From: Promethearchaeota archaeon
GTDB taxonomy: Archaea > Asgardarchaeota > Lokiarchaeia > Sigyniarchaeales > SOKP01
Length of the DNA: 64,000 nt
Direction: 5' to 3'
NCBI GenBank assembly: GCA_048939995.1
Contig: JBHLOY010000002.1
Coordinates: 96,001-160,000 of the forward strand
This document shows, one piece after another, positions 9,967-20,177 of the stretch (positions are counted from its first letter, which is position 1; the number at the start of each line of letters is the position of its first letter). Under the pieces are notes generated by a model. It did no database searches. It was not told the origin of the DNA and worked only from the letters and a program-made list of their open reading frames with translations. Both the position numbers and the translations under genes were made by a program.

Positions 9967-10548
9967 GATTAAAGACATAATTGAAGTAGTTACAAAACCA
10001 ATAGTAGAAAAAGAGCTAATAATAGTTATTTTAAATTTAGAATATTTTTTCTTATAGGTAGTATCTAATTCTTCTTCTTTAATTGGAAAAGAGCTATCAG
10101 GGTTCCAAATCTCATCCATCCTAAAGCCTATAGCTCCAGAAGTTGGAGGTCCAACACTCAAATTATACATACGCACTGTAGAATGATCATAATATGGGAG
10201 CCTTGAATCTTTTGAGACTTTCATCCGATTGTAAATCTGACCAGAACTAGGACCTTTGAGGATTAGAGACGTCAGAAAGATTATTTCTGGTATCAGGATT
10301 ATTAAAGTTAAAGGAAGCACGATTGAAACAACAATACTACTAATTATAATTCCAGAATAAAAATAAAAAAAATAATTAATCTTAACTAAAATAGTGTAAA
10401 ATGTTCCTAAAACAAGACAGCTTACTGTAATTGCCTCAATTATAGTTAACAGAAAATTTTGGTGTGAAATAACTAAAAAGTAACCAAATATGACAATATG
10501 AATTGTTGTTAATATGAAAGTAAAAATTTTTTTTAAACTATTATTGAT
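9952..10548 (-). CDS. Membrane protein, paralog of 10575-11186 (start uncertain, probably non-canonical)
   Basis: The frame is open to beyond 10560 with no ATG/GTG/TTG upstream of 10320. The extension encodes VISHQNFLLTI, matching the paralog. Confidence 0.65.
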   Translation of the reverse strand: MNNSLKKIFTFILTTIHIVIFGYFLVISHQNFLLTIIEAITVSCLVLGTFYTILVKINYFFYFYSGIIISSIVVSIVLPLTLIILIPEIIFLTSLILKGPSSGQIYNRMKVSKDSRLPYYDHSTVRMYNLSVGPPTSGAIGFRMDEIWNPDSSFPIKEEELDTTYKKKYSKFKITIISSFSTIGFVTTSIMSLILHFL

Positions 10549-10574
10549 TCTTTGTACACCTGATGTTATTTTAA

Positions 10575-11186
10575 TTAAAATTTAAAATATATTATTAATG
10601 ATTCTATCGAACAAATTGAAAATCCTATGGTACAAATAAGGCTAATCATAGTTACTTTCAACTTGGAATACTTTTTCTTAATTGATATCACCTTTTCTTC
10701 ATCATCAATCGGTTTAGTACTATCTGGATTCCACACTTCATCCATTTTCACTCCTGGATATCCTGGTGCCATACCATACATACGTGTGACAGCTAGATCA
10801 TAATAAGGTAAATGTTGTTGTTTTGAAGCTTTCATTCTAGCATACCTCTGTCCTGGACTTGGACCTCTAAGAGTTAAAAGATATAGAAAAACTAGTTCTG
10901 GAATAAGTAATACTAAACTTATAGGAAGTAAGAAAGCAACAATTATAGCAGCAATTACTATTCCAATATAAAAATAAAAATAGTATGGATTCTTAACTAA
11001 GAAGGCATAAAATGCTCCAGAAACAAGAAAAAATAAAAAAACGGACTCAAAAATTGTTAATAAAAAATTCTGATGAGAAATAATTATAAAAAAGACAAAG
11101 AAAACAACATGCATCCCAATCAAAGTGAAAAAAGCAATAGTTTTAAGTAGTGAGATTTTATATTTTTTGTTTTGAGCCCTTATTAT
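10575..11186 (-). CDS. Membrane protein, paralog of 9952-10548
   Basis: Shared motifs ISHQNFLLTI, GPS.GQ.Y.RMK, LPYYD, MDE.WNPDS, KKKYSK. SD AGGTGAG is followed by in-frame ATA ATA. Confidence 0.7.
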   Translation of the reverse strand: MIRAQNKKYKISLLKTIAFFTLIGMHVVFFVFFIIISHQNFLLTIFESVFLFFLVSGAFYAFLVKNPYYFYFYIGIVIAAIIVAFLLPISLVLLIPELVFLYLLTLRGPSPGQRYARMKASKQQHLPYYDLAVTRMYGMAPGYPGVKMDEVWNPDSTKPIDDEEKVISIKKKYSKLKVTMISLICTIGFSICSIESLIIYFKF

Positions 11187-11316
11187 GACTCACCTTTTCT
11201 TTTTATATAATATATTTATATATAGAATAATATATATAACTAATCTCTACCATATAATAATATAGATAAGGATATATAAAAACTTTTCTAAATAATTAAT
11301 AATATTTGTATTTAGT

Positions 11317-12138
11317 ATGGAAAAATTAATTATTACGGCAGCAATATGTGGCGCAGAAGTCACAAAAGATCAAAATCCAAATATACCCTATTCAGTAAAA
11401 GAAATAGGAATAGAGGCGGAACAAGCTTTTCTGGCTGGAGCTAGTATTATTCATTTGCATGTACGAGAAGACGACGGAACCCCTACCCAGTCTAAGGATA
11501 GGTTTAAAGTTTGTATTAATGAAATTAAAAGAAGATGTCCCGATGTAATTATCATGCCTTCCACTGGAGGAGCTTTAGGTATGAATAATGAAGAGAGAAT
11601 TCAACCAATAATTCTTGAAAATATTGAAATGGCAAGTTTGGATTGTGGTTCTATGAATTTTGGTGGAGATGAGATTTTTGTTAATACTGAAAACACAATA
11701 AAATATTTTGCGACTGAGATGAAAAAGAAAAATATTAAACCCGAATTAGAATGTTTTGATAAAAGCATGATAGATATGGCTTTAAAGCTACGTGATGAAG
11801 GTTATATAAATAATCCAATGCATTTTAATTTAGTTTTAGGGGTAAATGGTGGTATTAAAGCTTCGCCGAGAGATCTAGTTTTTTTAATTGATAGTTTGCC
11901 TTTGGATTCAACATATACAGTAACAGGAATAGGTAAACATGAATTTCCAATGGCTATAATTAGTTTAACTATGGATGGTCATGTCCGAGTAGGTTTTGAA
12001 GATAATATATATATTTCCAGAGGTAAGCTAGCTGAATCTAATGCCCAGTTAGTCGAAAAGGTCGTAAGAATTGCTAATGAGCTTGGTAGAGATATTGCAT
12101 CTCCTTATGATGCCAGAAAAATTTTAGGAATATCTTAA
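11317..12138 (+). CDS. kce: 3-keto-5-aminohexanoate cleavage enzyme
   Basis: MEKLIITAAICGAE, IIHLHVR, STGG, HVRVGFEDN; adjacent to kdd. Confidence 0.93.
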   Translation: MEKLIITAAICGAEVTKDQNPNIPYSVKEIGIEAEQAFLAGASIIHLHVREDDGTPTQSKDRFKVCINEIKRRCPDVIIMPSTGGALGMNNEERIQPIILENIEMASLDCGSMNFGGDEIFVNTENTIKYFATEMKKKNIKPELECFDKSMIDMALKLRDEGYINNPMHFNLVLGVNGGIKASPRDLVFLIDSLPLDSTYTVTGIGKHEFPMAIISLTMDGHVRVGFEDNIYISRGKLAESNAQLVEKVVRIANELGRDIASPYDARKILGIS

Positions 12139-12223
12139 TTCAATTTAAAATTAAATAACGTGACTTCAATGTATAAATGATTAGCTAAATATTATGATTT
12201 ACTCATAAAAAGAAGTGTGAAAA

Positions 12224-13264
12224 ATGAAAAAGGGAAATAAATATGGAATACATAGAGTTATTGAACCGGTTGATTCTTTACCCCAAGCTGCAAATAAGCT
12301 ATCTAATGATATGGAATTATTTGACAATGAAATTTTAATAGATGTAAATTATTTAAATATTGATGCTGCTAGCTTTAAACAGATAAAGCATATTGCTAAT
12401 GATGATGTAGCAGTTATTGAAGAAATAATATTAGAAATTGTCCAAGAAAAAGGAAAGATGCAAAATCCTGTTACTGGTTCGGGAGGGATGCTGATTGGAA
12501 GAGTTAAAGAAATTGGAGAGGCTCTTAAAGATAAAGTTGACTTGAAAGTTGGAGATAAAATTGCTTCATTAGTCTCTCTTTCACTGACACCTCTTAAAAT
12601 AGATAAAATCATTAATATATATCCAGAAACTGATCGTGTTGATATTGAAGGGAAGGCAATATTATTTGAAAGCGGAATTTACGCTAAACTTCCAGAAGAT
12701 ATGAAAGATACATTAGCATTAGCAGTACTAGATGTTGCAGGTGCTCCAGCTCAAGTAAAAAAATTAGTAAGGGAAGGTGATACTGTGCTAATTCTTGGTG
12801 CGACTGGAAAATCTGGTCTTTTATGCTCATATGTAGCCAAAAAGATGGTCGGAAAAGAAGGAAAAGTAATAGGTCAAGCAAGAAATAAAGCAAGAGCAGG
12901 ATTTCTTACAGTAACAGAATTTTGTGATGAAATTATAATTGCAGATATCTTAAATCCCATAAATGTATTAGAAGAGATATTGAAAGTTAATAATAATCAA
13001 GAAGTAGATATCTCTTTTAATTGTTTAAGCATTGCAAATACTGAAATGTCAAGTATACTACCTGTACGAGAAGGGGGGATCGTATATTTCTTTTCTATGG
13101 CTACAAGTTTTACAAAAGCAGCTTTAGGTGCTGAAGGTATAGGAAAAGACGTTACAATGATAATCGGGAATGGTTATACAAAAGGACACGCTCAATTTGT
13201 TTTAGATCTACTCCGAGAATCTGAAGTTTTAAGAAAAATATTTGAACAAAAGTATCTAAAATAA
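12224..13264 (+). CDS. kdd: L-erythro-3,5-diaminohexanoate dehydrogenase
   Basis: GNKYGIHRVIEP, NPVTGSGGML, LDVAGAPAQ, AALGAEG. Confidence 0.93.
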   Translation: MKKGNKYGIHRVIEPVDSLPQAANKLSNDMELFDNEILIDVNYLNIDAASFKQIKHIANDDVAVIEEIILEIVQEKGKMQNPVTGSGGMLIGRVKEIGEALKDKVDLKVGDKIASLVSLSLTPLKIDKIINIYPETDRVDIEGKAILFESGIYAKLPEDMKDTLALAVLDVAGAPAQVKKLVREGDTVLILGATGKSGLLCSYVAKKMVGKEGKVIGQARNKARAGFLTVTEFCDEIIIADILNPINVLEEILKVNNNQEVDISFNCLSIANTEMSSILPVREGGIVYFFSMATSFTKAALGAEGIGKDVTMIIGNGYTKGHAQFVLDLLRESEVLRKIFEQKYLK

Positions 13265-13369
13265 AAAATTGAAACAATTAAACATTTTGAATAAAAAAAT
13301 AAAAAAAGATGAAGCGAAATCTAAATCCTAATCAAAAAGATTCAGATACAAATTAATTTAGATTTTTAA

Positions 13370-14377
13370 CTAATATTCTTCATCAAGATTTACAATATTT
13401 AAAGGTTTTTCCCCTTGGATAAACCTAATCACATTATTGAGGAAAGGTTTAAGATCCGTCATTAAAGCATCTGATTGCCAAGCTCTATGAGCTGTCATAA
13501 CTACATTCCTTAACTCATGAAATGGAAATTTAGAGGGATAACATGGCATTGGATCTTGCTTTTTTGCCCCTCTTACCTCTGGATAGTTGTACCATACATC
13601 TAATGCTGCTCCTCTAATTCGTTTATCTTTAAGTGCTGTATATAATTCTCGTTCATTTATAGTATCACCACGACCTACATTAACAATTATTACAGATTCC
13701 TTCATAGCACCAAATTCAAGAGCATCAAGAAAACTTACGGTACTTTTTGTCAAAGGAAGAGTATTAATAATGATATCAGCCTGTCTTATGGCTAGTAGTT
13801 TCTGATCTGGTGTGTAAATCTCAACATAAGGATCTTTACATGATTTTGTTCTTTTCACTGCAATATATTTCATATTTAATGGTTCACATAACTTTTTAAA
13901 GGTTTGTGCTATATTTCCATAGCCCAGAAATAAAATTGTTTTCCCAAATAGGGTTATAGCTGGAAACTGGGTATAGTCCCAATTACCTTCTCTTAAAAGT
14001 TGATCATTTGTAATCAATTCTTTAGAAATTGATAGTAAAAGAGCAAAACCATATTCTGCAATAATTTTAGAATGTGTATGTGAATTACACAGGAGAATAT
14101 TATTTTTCCTATAAAATGGAAAATAATAATCTTCCAAACCTGTAGCATAAGTTTGATGCATTTTTAGATTCTTATATAAATCAAATTCAGTTTCCTCAAT
14201 CTTTGGGCCAATAAGAACATCGATATCTTTGATAATTTGTACCTTCTCACTGCTATTAATCTCATCATAAAAAACTACATCTACATTTGGTCCTAATGAT
14301 TGTCTAATATTAGTTTTAATATCCTCTCTTGAAAGAAGGTTTACTAACTCTAATCTTGGCTTAATCAGAACTTTCAT
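13370..14377 (-). CDS. D-isomer-specific 2-hydroxyacid dehydrogenase
   Basis: GYGNIA, LPLT, NVGRG, AALDVW, TAHRA. Confidence 0.85.
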   Translation of the reverse strand: MKVLIKPRLELVNLLSREDIKTNIRQSLGPNVDVVFYDEINSSEKVQIIKDIDVLIGPKIEETEFDLYKNLKMHQTYATGLEDYYFPFYRKNNILLCNSHTHSKIIAEYGFALLLSISKELITNDQLLREGNWDYTQFPAITLFGKTILFLGYGNIAQTFKKLCEPLNMKYIAVKRTKSCKDPYVEIYTPDQKLLAIRQADIIINTLPLTKSTVSFLDALEFGAMKESVIIVNVGRGDTINERELYTALKDKRIRGAALDVWYNYPEVRGAKKQDPMPCYPSKFPFHELRNVVMTAHRAWQSDALMTDLKPFLNNVIRFIQGEKPLNIVNLDEEY

Positions 14378-14447
14378 AGTTATATTTATACATGAATTTT
14401 AAAAAAAATTTAGTGTAAAACATTGAAATAATACATTTAAGTAAAAA

Positions 14448-15254
14448 TTAACTCTTTTTTTCCTCTTCTTTTTTTTGAGAATCATATTCTTGTAATTTTT
14501 TTGTGAAAAAATCGGTTAAAACGCCTTCTAATTCCGAGGGTGCAAGTAAACGACCTTTTTCAGACACTGCTTTCCTTAAATGTTCTTGAAATTCCGATAC
14601 TGATGTATCATCGGATTTTTGGTTTATATCATATTTCTCAATGTAATCAGGACCAGTTGCCAATTTTTTAGATTCTTCTGCTATATTTAAGCCTGGTTTA
14701 AGTATTTTAGCTTTTACAGCACAATCTAATGCTTCTTGTTCTCGTCCAAGTCTCATTAAAGCTATACCTTTATTATACCATAATTCATATGATTGTGGAT
14801 GAAATTCTAGTTCTTTATTAACAATTTTCAGCGCCTCGTCTGATCGTCCAGTTGAAATAAGGAGCATTGATTTTAGAGTACATGCTTTAATGCTTCTAGG
14901 ATTTTGTTCTAAATATAAGTTAATTATTTTTTCAGCTCCACTTATATCTCCTTTATTGGATAATAAATAAAACTCCTTAAAAACCCGTTCTTCATTACCT
15001 TTATCTTTAGGTTCTTCTAGATTACTTATTTGAGAAGGTACAGTTTTACGAATGACAGATTTTCGTAATAACTCTAAGATAATTACAATAGGGATGCATA
15101 TCCCTAAAATTATCAAAATGACTAAAAAAAGTTCAAAACCGAATATAAAAATACCAAAAGCTGCATAACCAATCAAAAGAATAAAGTCAATTATTATAAT
15201 ATAGGCAAGAATACGAATAATATTTTCTAAAATTTTAATATCCATAATATACAC
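14448..15254 (-). CDS. TPR-containing membrane protein
   Basis: Two N-terminal TM helices; TPR motif LWYNKGIALMRLGREQEALDC. Confidence 0.75.
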   Translation of the reverse strand: MYIMDIKILENIIRILAYIIIIDFILLIGYAAFGIFIFGFELFLVILIILGICIPIVIILELLRKSVIRKTVPSQISNLEEPKDKGNEERVFKEFYLLSNKGDISGAEKIINLYLEQNPRSIKACTLKSMLLISTGRSDEALKIVNKELEFHPQSYELWYNKGIALMRLGREQEALDCAVKAKILKPGLNIAEESKKLATGPDYIEKYDINQKSDDTSVSEFQEHLRKAVSEKGRLLAPSELEGVLTDFFTKKLQEYDSQKKEEEKKS

Positions 15255-15426
15255 GTTTTTGTCTTATTGATTAAGTAACGATTTTGTTCTTTCACTTTAA
15301 AAATCTTATGCATAAAACTCGGGTTAAAAATTCACTAATTAAAACTTCAAAAATTGCAAAAATTATTTGAACAAACATATTTTTAATAAATTGTTAAGTA
15401 AAAGAAAAAATTTAGAAATAAAAATC

Positions 15427-16665
15427 ATGAAAGTCAATAGAAGAAACGAATTATTTGGTGATATAAATGATAAGGAATGGTGTGATTGGCGATGGCAAGT
15501 CAAAAATAGGATTACTACGATAGAACAACTCAAGAAATATATTACATTAACTAAAGAAGAAGATGATCCCAGAATCTTACAAGAGTATAGGATGGCAATT
15601 ACTCCTTATTACTTATCTTTAATTGATCCTAACGATCCCTATGATCCTATTAGAAAACAAGCTATCCCAACAATTTATGAGTTAGAAAGATATGTTGGGG
15701 ATCTTAAGGACCCTTTAAGCGAAGACGTTGATTCTCCTGTTGAAGGATTAACACATCGTTATCCTGATCGAGTATTATTCTTAGTTACTGAAAATTGCTC
15801 AATGTATTGTAGACATTGTACTCGGAGAAGATTTGCAGGCCATCATGATAAAGCACCTCCACAATCACAAATAGATGCATGTATAGAATATATCCAAAAA
15901 ACACCTTCAGTTAGGGATGTGTTATTATCCGGAGGCGATGCCCTTTTAATGTCTGATGAAAAACTAGAGCAAATTCTAAAAAGGTTAAAAAAAATCCCTC
16001 ATGTAGAGATAATTCGTGTAGGATCTAGAGCACCAGTAACAAATCCATACCGCATTACTCCAGAATTGTGTGAAATTTTAAGAAGAAATCATCCTATTTG
16101 GTTTAATACACATTTCAACCATCCTAATGAAATTACAGAAGATTCTACAAGAGCTTGTGAAATGCTTGCTGATGCTGGGATACCCCTTGGAAATCAATCT
16201 GTCTTATTGAGAGGAATAAATGATTGTATTCATATTATGAAAAGATTAGTCCAAGAATTAGTAAGGATTAGAGTCAGGCCATACTACATATACCAGTGTG
16301 ATCTTTCAATGGGATTAGGACATTTTAGGACAAGTGTTGCACAGGGAATTGAAATAATTGAAGGTTTAAGAGGACACACCTCTGGTCTTTGTGTCCCTAC
16401 ATTTGTAGTAGATGCCCCTGGAGGGGGTGGGAAAATACCTGTTATGCCAGATTACACAATTTCTCAAGGACACAAACGAGTAGTTTTAAGAAACTTTGAA
16501 GGTGTGATTACAACTTATGATGAGCCTGTAGATTATCATCCTAATTGTCATTGCGAAGATTGTGAAAAGCAAATTGGAGTTAGTGCTTTATTAAGTGGTC
16601 AAAAAAGGACAATTGAGCCGGGAGATTTGATGAGAAAGTTAAGACGGAAAAAACTCACTAAATAA
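15427..16665 (+). CDS. kamA: Lysine 2,3-aminomutase (radical SAM, PLP)
   Basis: [30 protein letters not shown]-terminal Zn Cys (CHCEDC); ATG 15427 chosen as start. Confidence 0.95.
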   Translation: MKVNRRNELFGDINDKEWCDWRWQVKNRITTIEQLKKYITLTKEEDDPRILQEYRMAITPYYLSLIDPNDPYDPIRKQAIPTIYELERYVGDLKDPLSEDVDSPVEGLTHRYPDRVLFLVTENCSMYCRHCTRRRFAGHHDKAPPQSQIDACIEYIQKTPSVRDVLLSGGDALLMSDEKLEQILKRLKKIPHVEIIRVGSRAPVTNPYRITPELCEILRRNHPIWFNTHFNHPNEITEDSTRACEMLADAGIPLGNQSVLLRGINDCIHIMKRLVQELVRIRVRPYYIYQCDLSMGLGHFRTSVAQGIEIIEGLRGHTSGLCVPTFVVDAPGGGGKIPVMPDYTISQGHKRVVLRNFEGVITTYDEPVDYHPNCHCEDCEKQIGVSALLSGQKRTIEPGDLMRKLRRKKLTK

Positions 16666-16722
16666 TTCTAAAATAAGAAAAGTTTATTTTAAATTTTTAT
16701 ATCTAATAGTTTTGGCGAGAAT

Positions 16723-17751
16723 ATGGAACCTATAACGAAATTTATTGATAACATTACTAAATACTCTACAATATCAATAATCGGCCTCGCGAAAAATGTA
16801 AGCAAAACTACCACATTGAATCATTTAATAAAAAATTTGAAAGAATATAAACTAGGTTTAACATCTATAGGAAGAGACGGAGAAGAATATGATGTAATTA
16901 CAAACCTTCCAAAGCCTCGAATCTATGTTGAAGAAGGAACCTACTTTGCAACTGCCCAACAAAGTCTAGAGAATAGTGATATAAAATTTGAAGTCATTAA
17001 AAATACGGGAATAAGCACACCTATGGGGAAGGTCTTAATTTTAAGAGCACAAAGCTCTGGTTTAATTGAACTCGCAGGTCCTTCGATCAGTACCCAATTA
17101 CCTCCAATATGCAAGGAACTAAAAAGTCTTGGATGTGAAATAATTCTAATAGATGGAGCATTTGACAGGCGAACTTATGCTACACCTTTGATATCAGAGG
17201 CAACTATAATCTCAACCGGAGCATCAGTATCAGAAGATATGAAGAAAGTTGTTGATTTAACAATATTTACTCTAGAGTTGTTAACACTTCAAAATGAGAC
17301 TAATCATGAAATCTTAGGATTAGCGAAGAAAATTTTTGAAGATAATAATGTTGGGTTTATAAACAAAGATAATACTGTTAAAAAATTAGAACTACCAACT
17401 GCTTTGGATGCTGCAGAAGAAATTAGAGAAAATTTAGATGAAAATTCAAAATATGTTTTAATTAAGGGAGCACTTACAAACAAGTTATTAGGAGATTTGA
17501 TGAGAATAACAAATAAGTACAAAAATTTAACCATTTTAGTTGAAGATGGAACCAAGTTATTTTTAAGTAAAAATATATTTAATAAATTTCATAAGAAAGG
17601 AGGCTTCATAAAAGTATTGAATCCAATAAAGGTTATTGCAATAACTATCAACCCTACTTCTCCAGATGGATTGAATTTTAATAAAGAAAAATTTTTAAAA
17701 CTGTTAGAAGAAAAAGTTAAAGTTCCCGTTTATGATCTTGGACCAAGTTAG
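16723..17751 (+). CDS. kamB: KamB-like accessory protein of lysine 5,6-aminomutase
   Basis: GLAKNVSKTT, TSIGRDGE, IDGAFDR, STGA; located between kamA and kamD. Confidence 0.7.
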   Translation: MEPITKFIDNITKYSTISIIGLAKNVSKTTTLNHLIKNLKEYKLGLTSIGRDGEEYDVITNLPKPRIYVEEGTYFATAQQSLENSDIKFEVIKNTGISTPMGKVLILRAQSSGLIELAGPSISTQLPPICKELKSLGCEIILIDGAFDRRTYATPLISEATIISTGASVSEDMKKVVDLTIFTLELLTLQNETNHEILGLAKKIFEDNNVGFINKDNTVKKLELPTALDAAEEIRENLDENSKYVLIKGALTNKLLGDLMRITNKYKNLTILVEDGTKLFLSKNIFNKFHKKGGFIKVLNPIKVIAITINPTSPDGLNFNKEKFLKLLEEKVKVPVYDLGPS

Positions 17752-17819
17752 CTCTATTATTTAAATATTATCTCAATTAATTTAAATAAAGATTTGAAAA
17801 AAATGGAGAAAAACCTGAA

Positions 17820-19391
17820 ATGATTATGAGTAAATTAAATATTGACTTCACTGTTGTAGAAAAAGCAAGAGATAAAGCCAAAAAAATAGCATTAGATACT
17901 CAAAAATTTATTGATCAACATACTACAACCACTATTGAGAGAACTGTTTGTAGGTTAATGAGTATAGATGGAGTCGATGATTTTGGAGTACCCTACCCAA
18001 ATATTGTAATTGATCATATTAATAAGAAAGATAAACTTGGAATTGGAGTCTCACTATTAATTGGAAACGCTATGATACATACTGGTCAAAATCCTCAAAA
18101 AATAGCGGAACAAATTGTAAATGAGGATTTGGATCTTCTAACTTTGGAACTTAATGATCTAAATAAAATTAAGAAAATAATTCAACCTATAGTTAAAGAA
18201 GCACTTGAAAAAATTAAAAAAAATAAGGAAAAGCGGATAGGTCTGCTTAAAAGATACGGTGATAAAGAAGGACCTTATATCTATGTAATTGTGGCAACTG
18301 GAAACATTTATGAAGATATAATCCAAGCAAAAGCTGCAGCAAGACAAGGTGCAGATATAATAGCAGTCATTAGGTCCACTGGTCAAAGTCTTCTAGATTA
18401 CGTACCATATGGTCCAACTACCGAAGGATATGGAGGAACTTTTGCAACTCAAGAAAATTTTAGACTTATGAGAGACGCTTTAGATGAAGTGAGTGAAGAA
18501 TTAAAAAGATACATCAGATTAACTAACTATTGTTCTGGTTTATGCATGCCTGAGATAGCTGTTATAGGTGCATTTGAACGCTTAGACGTTATGCTAAATG
18601 ATGCTCTCTATGGAATTCTTTTTAGAGATATTAATATGCAACGAACAATTATTGACCAATACTTTTCCAGAATGATAAATGCATATGCAGGTGTAATAAT
18701 TAATACAGGTGAGGATAATTATCTCACAACAGCCAATGCTTTCGAAGCAGCTCACACAGTTTTAGCGTCCCAATTTATTAACGAGCAGTTTGCTTTCCTA
18801 GCTGGCTTAAAAGAAGAACAAATGGGATTAGGTCACGCTTTTGAGATGGATCCAGATTTAGAAAATGGGTTTTTATTTGAATTAGCTCAAGCACAAATGA
18901 CACGAGAAATCTTTCCCAGAGCTAGTTTGAAATATATGCCCCCAACAAAATTTATGTCCGGAAATATATTCAAAGGGCATATCCAAGATGCCTTATTCAA
19001 TATTATTACAATTATGACTGATCAAAAAATACATCTTTTGGGTATGCTCACAGAAGCAATCCATACTCCTTTTATGTCTGATAGAGCATTATCAATTGAA
19101 AATGCACGCTATATATTTAATAACATGAAATCAATTAGTGAGGAAATATCATTTAAGAAAGGGGGTTTAATGGAAAAGAGAGCTAGACAAATCTTAAATG
19201 ATGCATTCCAATTACTACGAGAAATTGAAAAAGAAGGGCTATTTAATACTATTGAAAAAGGTATTTTTGCTAATATTAAAAGAGCTAAAGATGCTGGAAA
19301 AGGTTTAGAAGGTGTAGTGAAGAAAGATAAAGATTATTTTAATCCATTTTTGGAAATCATGAAAAAAGAATTAATGGGTGGTGAGGGCTAA
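17820..19391 (+). CDS. kamD: beta-Lysine 5,6-aminomutase alpha subunit
   Basis: IVATGNIYEDI, VIRSTGQSLLD, NYCSGLCMPE, KYMPPTK. Confidence 0.95.
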   Translation: MIMSKLNIDFTVVEKARDKAKKIALDTQKFIDQHTTTTIERTVCRLMSIDGVDDFGVPYPNIVIDHINKKDKLGIGVSLLIGNAMIHTGQNPQKIAEQIVNEDLDLLTLELNDLNKIKKIIQPIVKEALEKIKKNKEKRIGLLKRYGDKEGPYIYVIVATGNIYEDIIQAKAAARQGADIIAVIRSTGQSLLDYVPYGPTTEGYGGTFATQENFRLMRDALDEVSEELKRYIRLTNYCSGLCMPEIAVIGAFERLDVMLNDALYGILFRDINMQRTIIDQYFSRMINAYAGVIINTGEDNYLTTANAFEAAHTVLASQFINEQFAFLAGLKEEQMGLGHAFEMDPDLENGFLFELAQAQMTREIFPRASLKYMPPTKFMSGNIFKGHIQDALFNIITIMTDQKIHLLGMLTEAIHTPFMSDRALSIENARYIFNNMKSISEEISFKKGGLMEKRARQILNDAFQLLREIEKEGLFNTIEKGIFANIKRAKDAGKGLEGVVKKDKDYFNPFLEIMKKELMGGEG

Positions 19392-19392
19392 T

Positions 19393-20148
19393 TTGGAACG
19401 AAATAAAGCTATAGATCTTACTAGAATAAAGCCATATGGAGATACACTTAATGATGGAAAAATTCAAATTAGTTTTACGCTTCCCGTAGAAGATGGCGAA
19501 AAAGCAGTAGTTGCTGCTAAAAATGTAGCTGAAAGATTAGGTTTAGAAGATCCTAATGTAGTTTATCATAAAAAACTGGACGTTGGATTTACATTTTTCA
19601 TTATATATGGTCATATAAATTTCACCATTGATTATAAAAAAATCAAGACTGAATCGGTTGAAGTTGAAAAGATGACGATTCAGGAAATTAATGAATATAT
19701 TCGTTCCAACATTAAACGTAAAGTTATAGTACTTGGTGCAACTACTGGAACCGACGCTCACACTGTTGGAATATCAGCAATTATATCGATGAAGGGTTAT
19801 GCAGGACATAAGGGGCTTGAGAGTTATGAAATGATAGATGCTTACAATTTGGGAAGCCAAATATCAAACGAGGAATTTATAAAAAAGGCAATTGAGATGA
19901 ACGCAGAGGTACTCCTTGTATCTCAAACAGTAACTCAAAAGAATATTCATATAAAGAATTTAACAAATTTAGTTGAATTATTAGAAGCAGAGGGTATTAG
20001 AGATAAAATCATACTTATCTGTGGAGGTCCTAGAGTAAGTAATGAATTAGCAAAAGAGCTAGGGTATGACGCCGGTTTTGGTCCGGAGACCTATGCAGAG
20101 ACTGTTGCCTCTTACTTTATCAAAGAGATTGTTAATCGGCAACAATAA
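19393..20148 (+). CDS. kamE: beta-Lysine 5,6-aminomutase beta subunit (B12-binding)
   Basis: KPYGDTLNDGK, DAHTVG (DxH B12 motif), MKGYAGH PLP lysine, VSQTVTQK; TTG 19393 follows an SD. Confidence 0.95.
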   Translation: MERNKAIDLTRIKPYGDTLNDGKIQISFTLPVEDGEKAVVAAKNVAERLGLEDPNVVYHKKLDVGFTFFIIYGHINFTIDYKKIKTESVEVEKMTIQEINEYIRSNIKRKVIVLGATTGTDAHTVGISAIISMKGYAGHKGLESYEMIDAYNLGSQISNEEFIKKAIEMNAEVLLVSQTVTQKNIHIKNLTNLVELLEAEGIRDKIILICGGPRVSNELAKELGYDAGFGPETYAETVASYFIKEIVNRQQ

Positions 20149-20177
20149 TAATATAAACATAAGGAGGTGTTTTTTTA

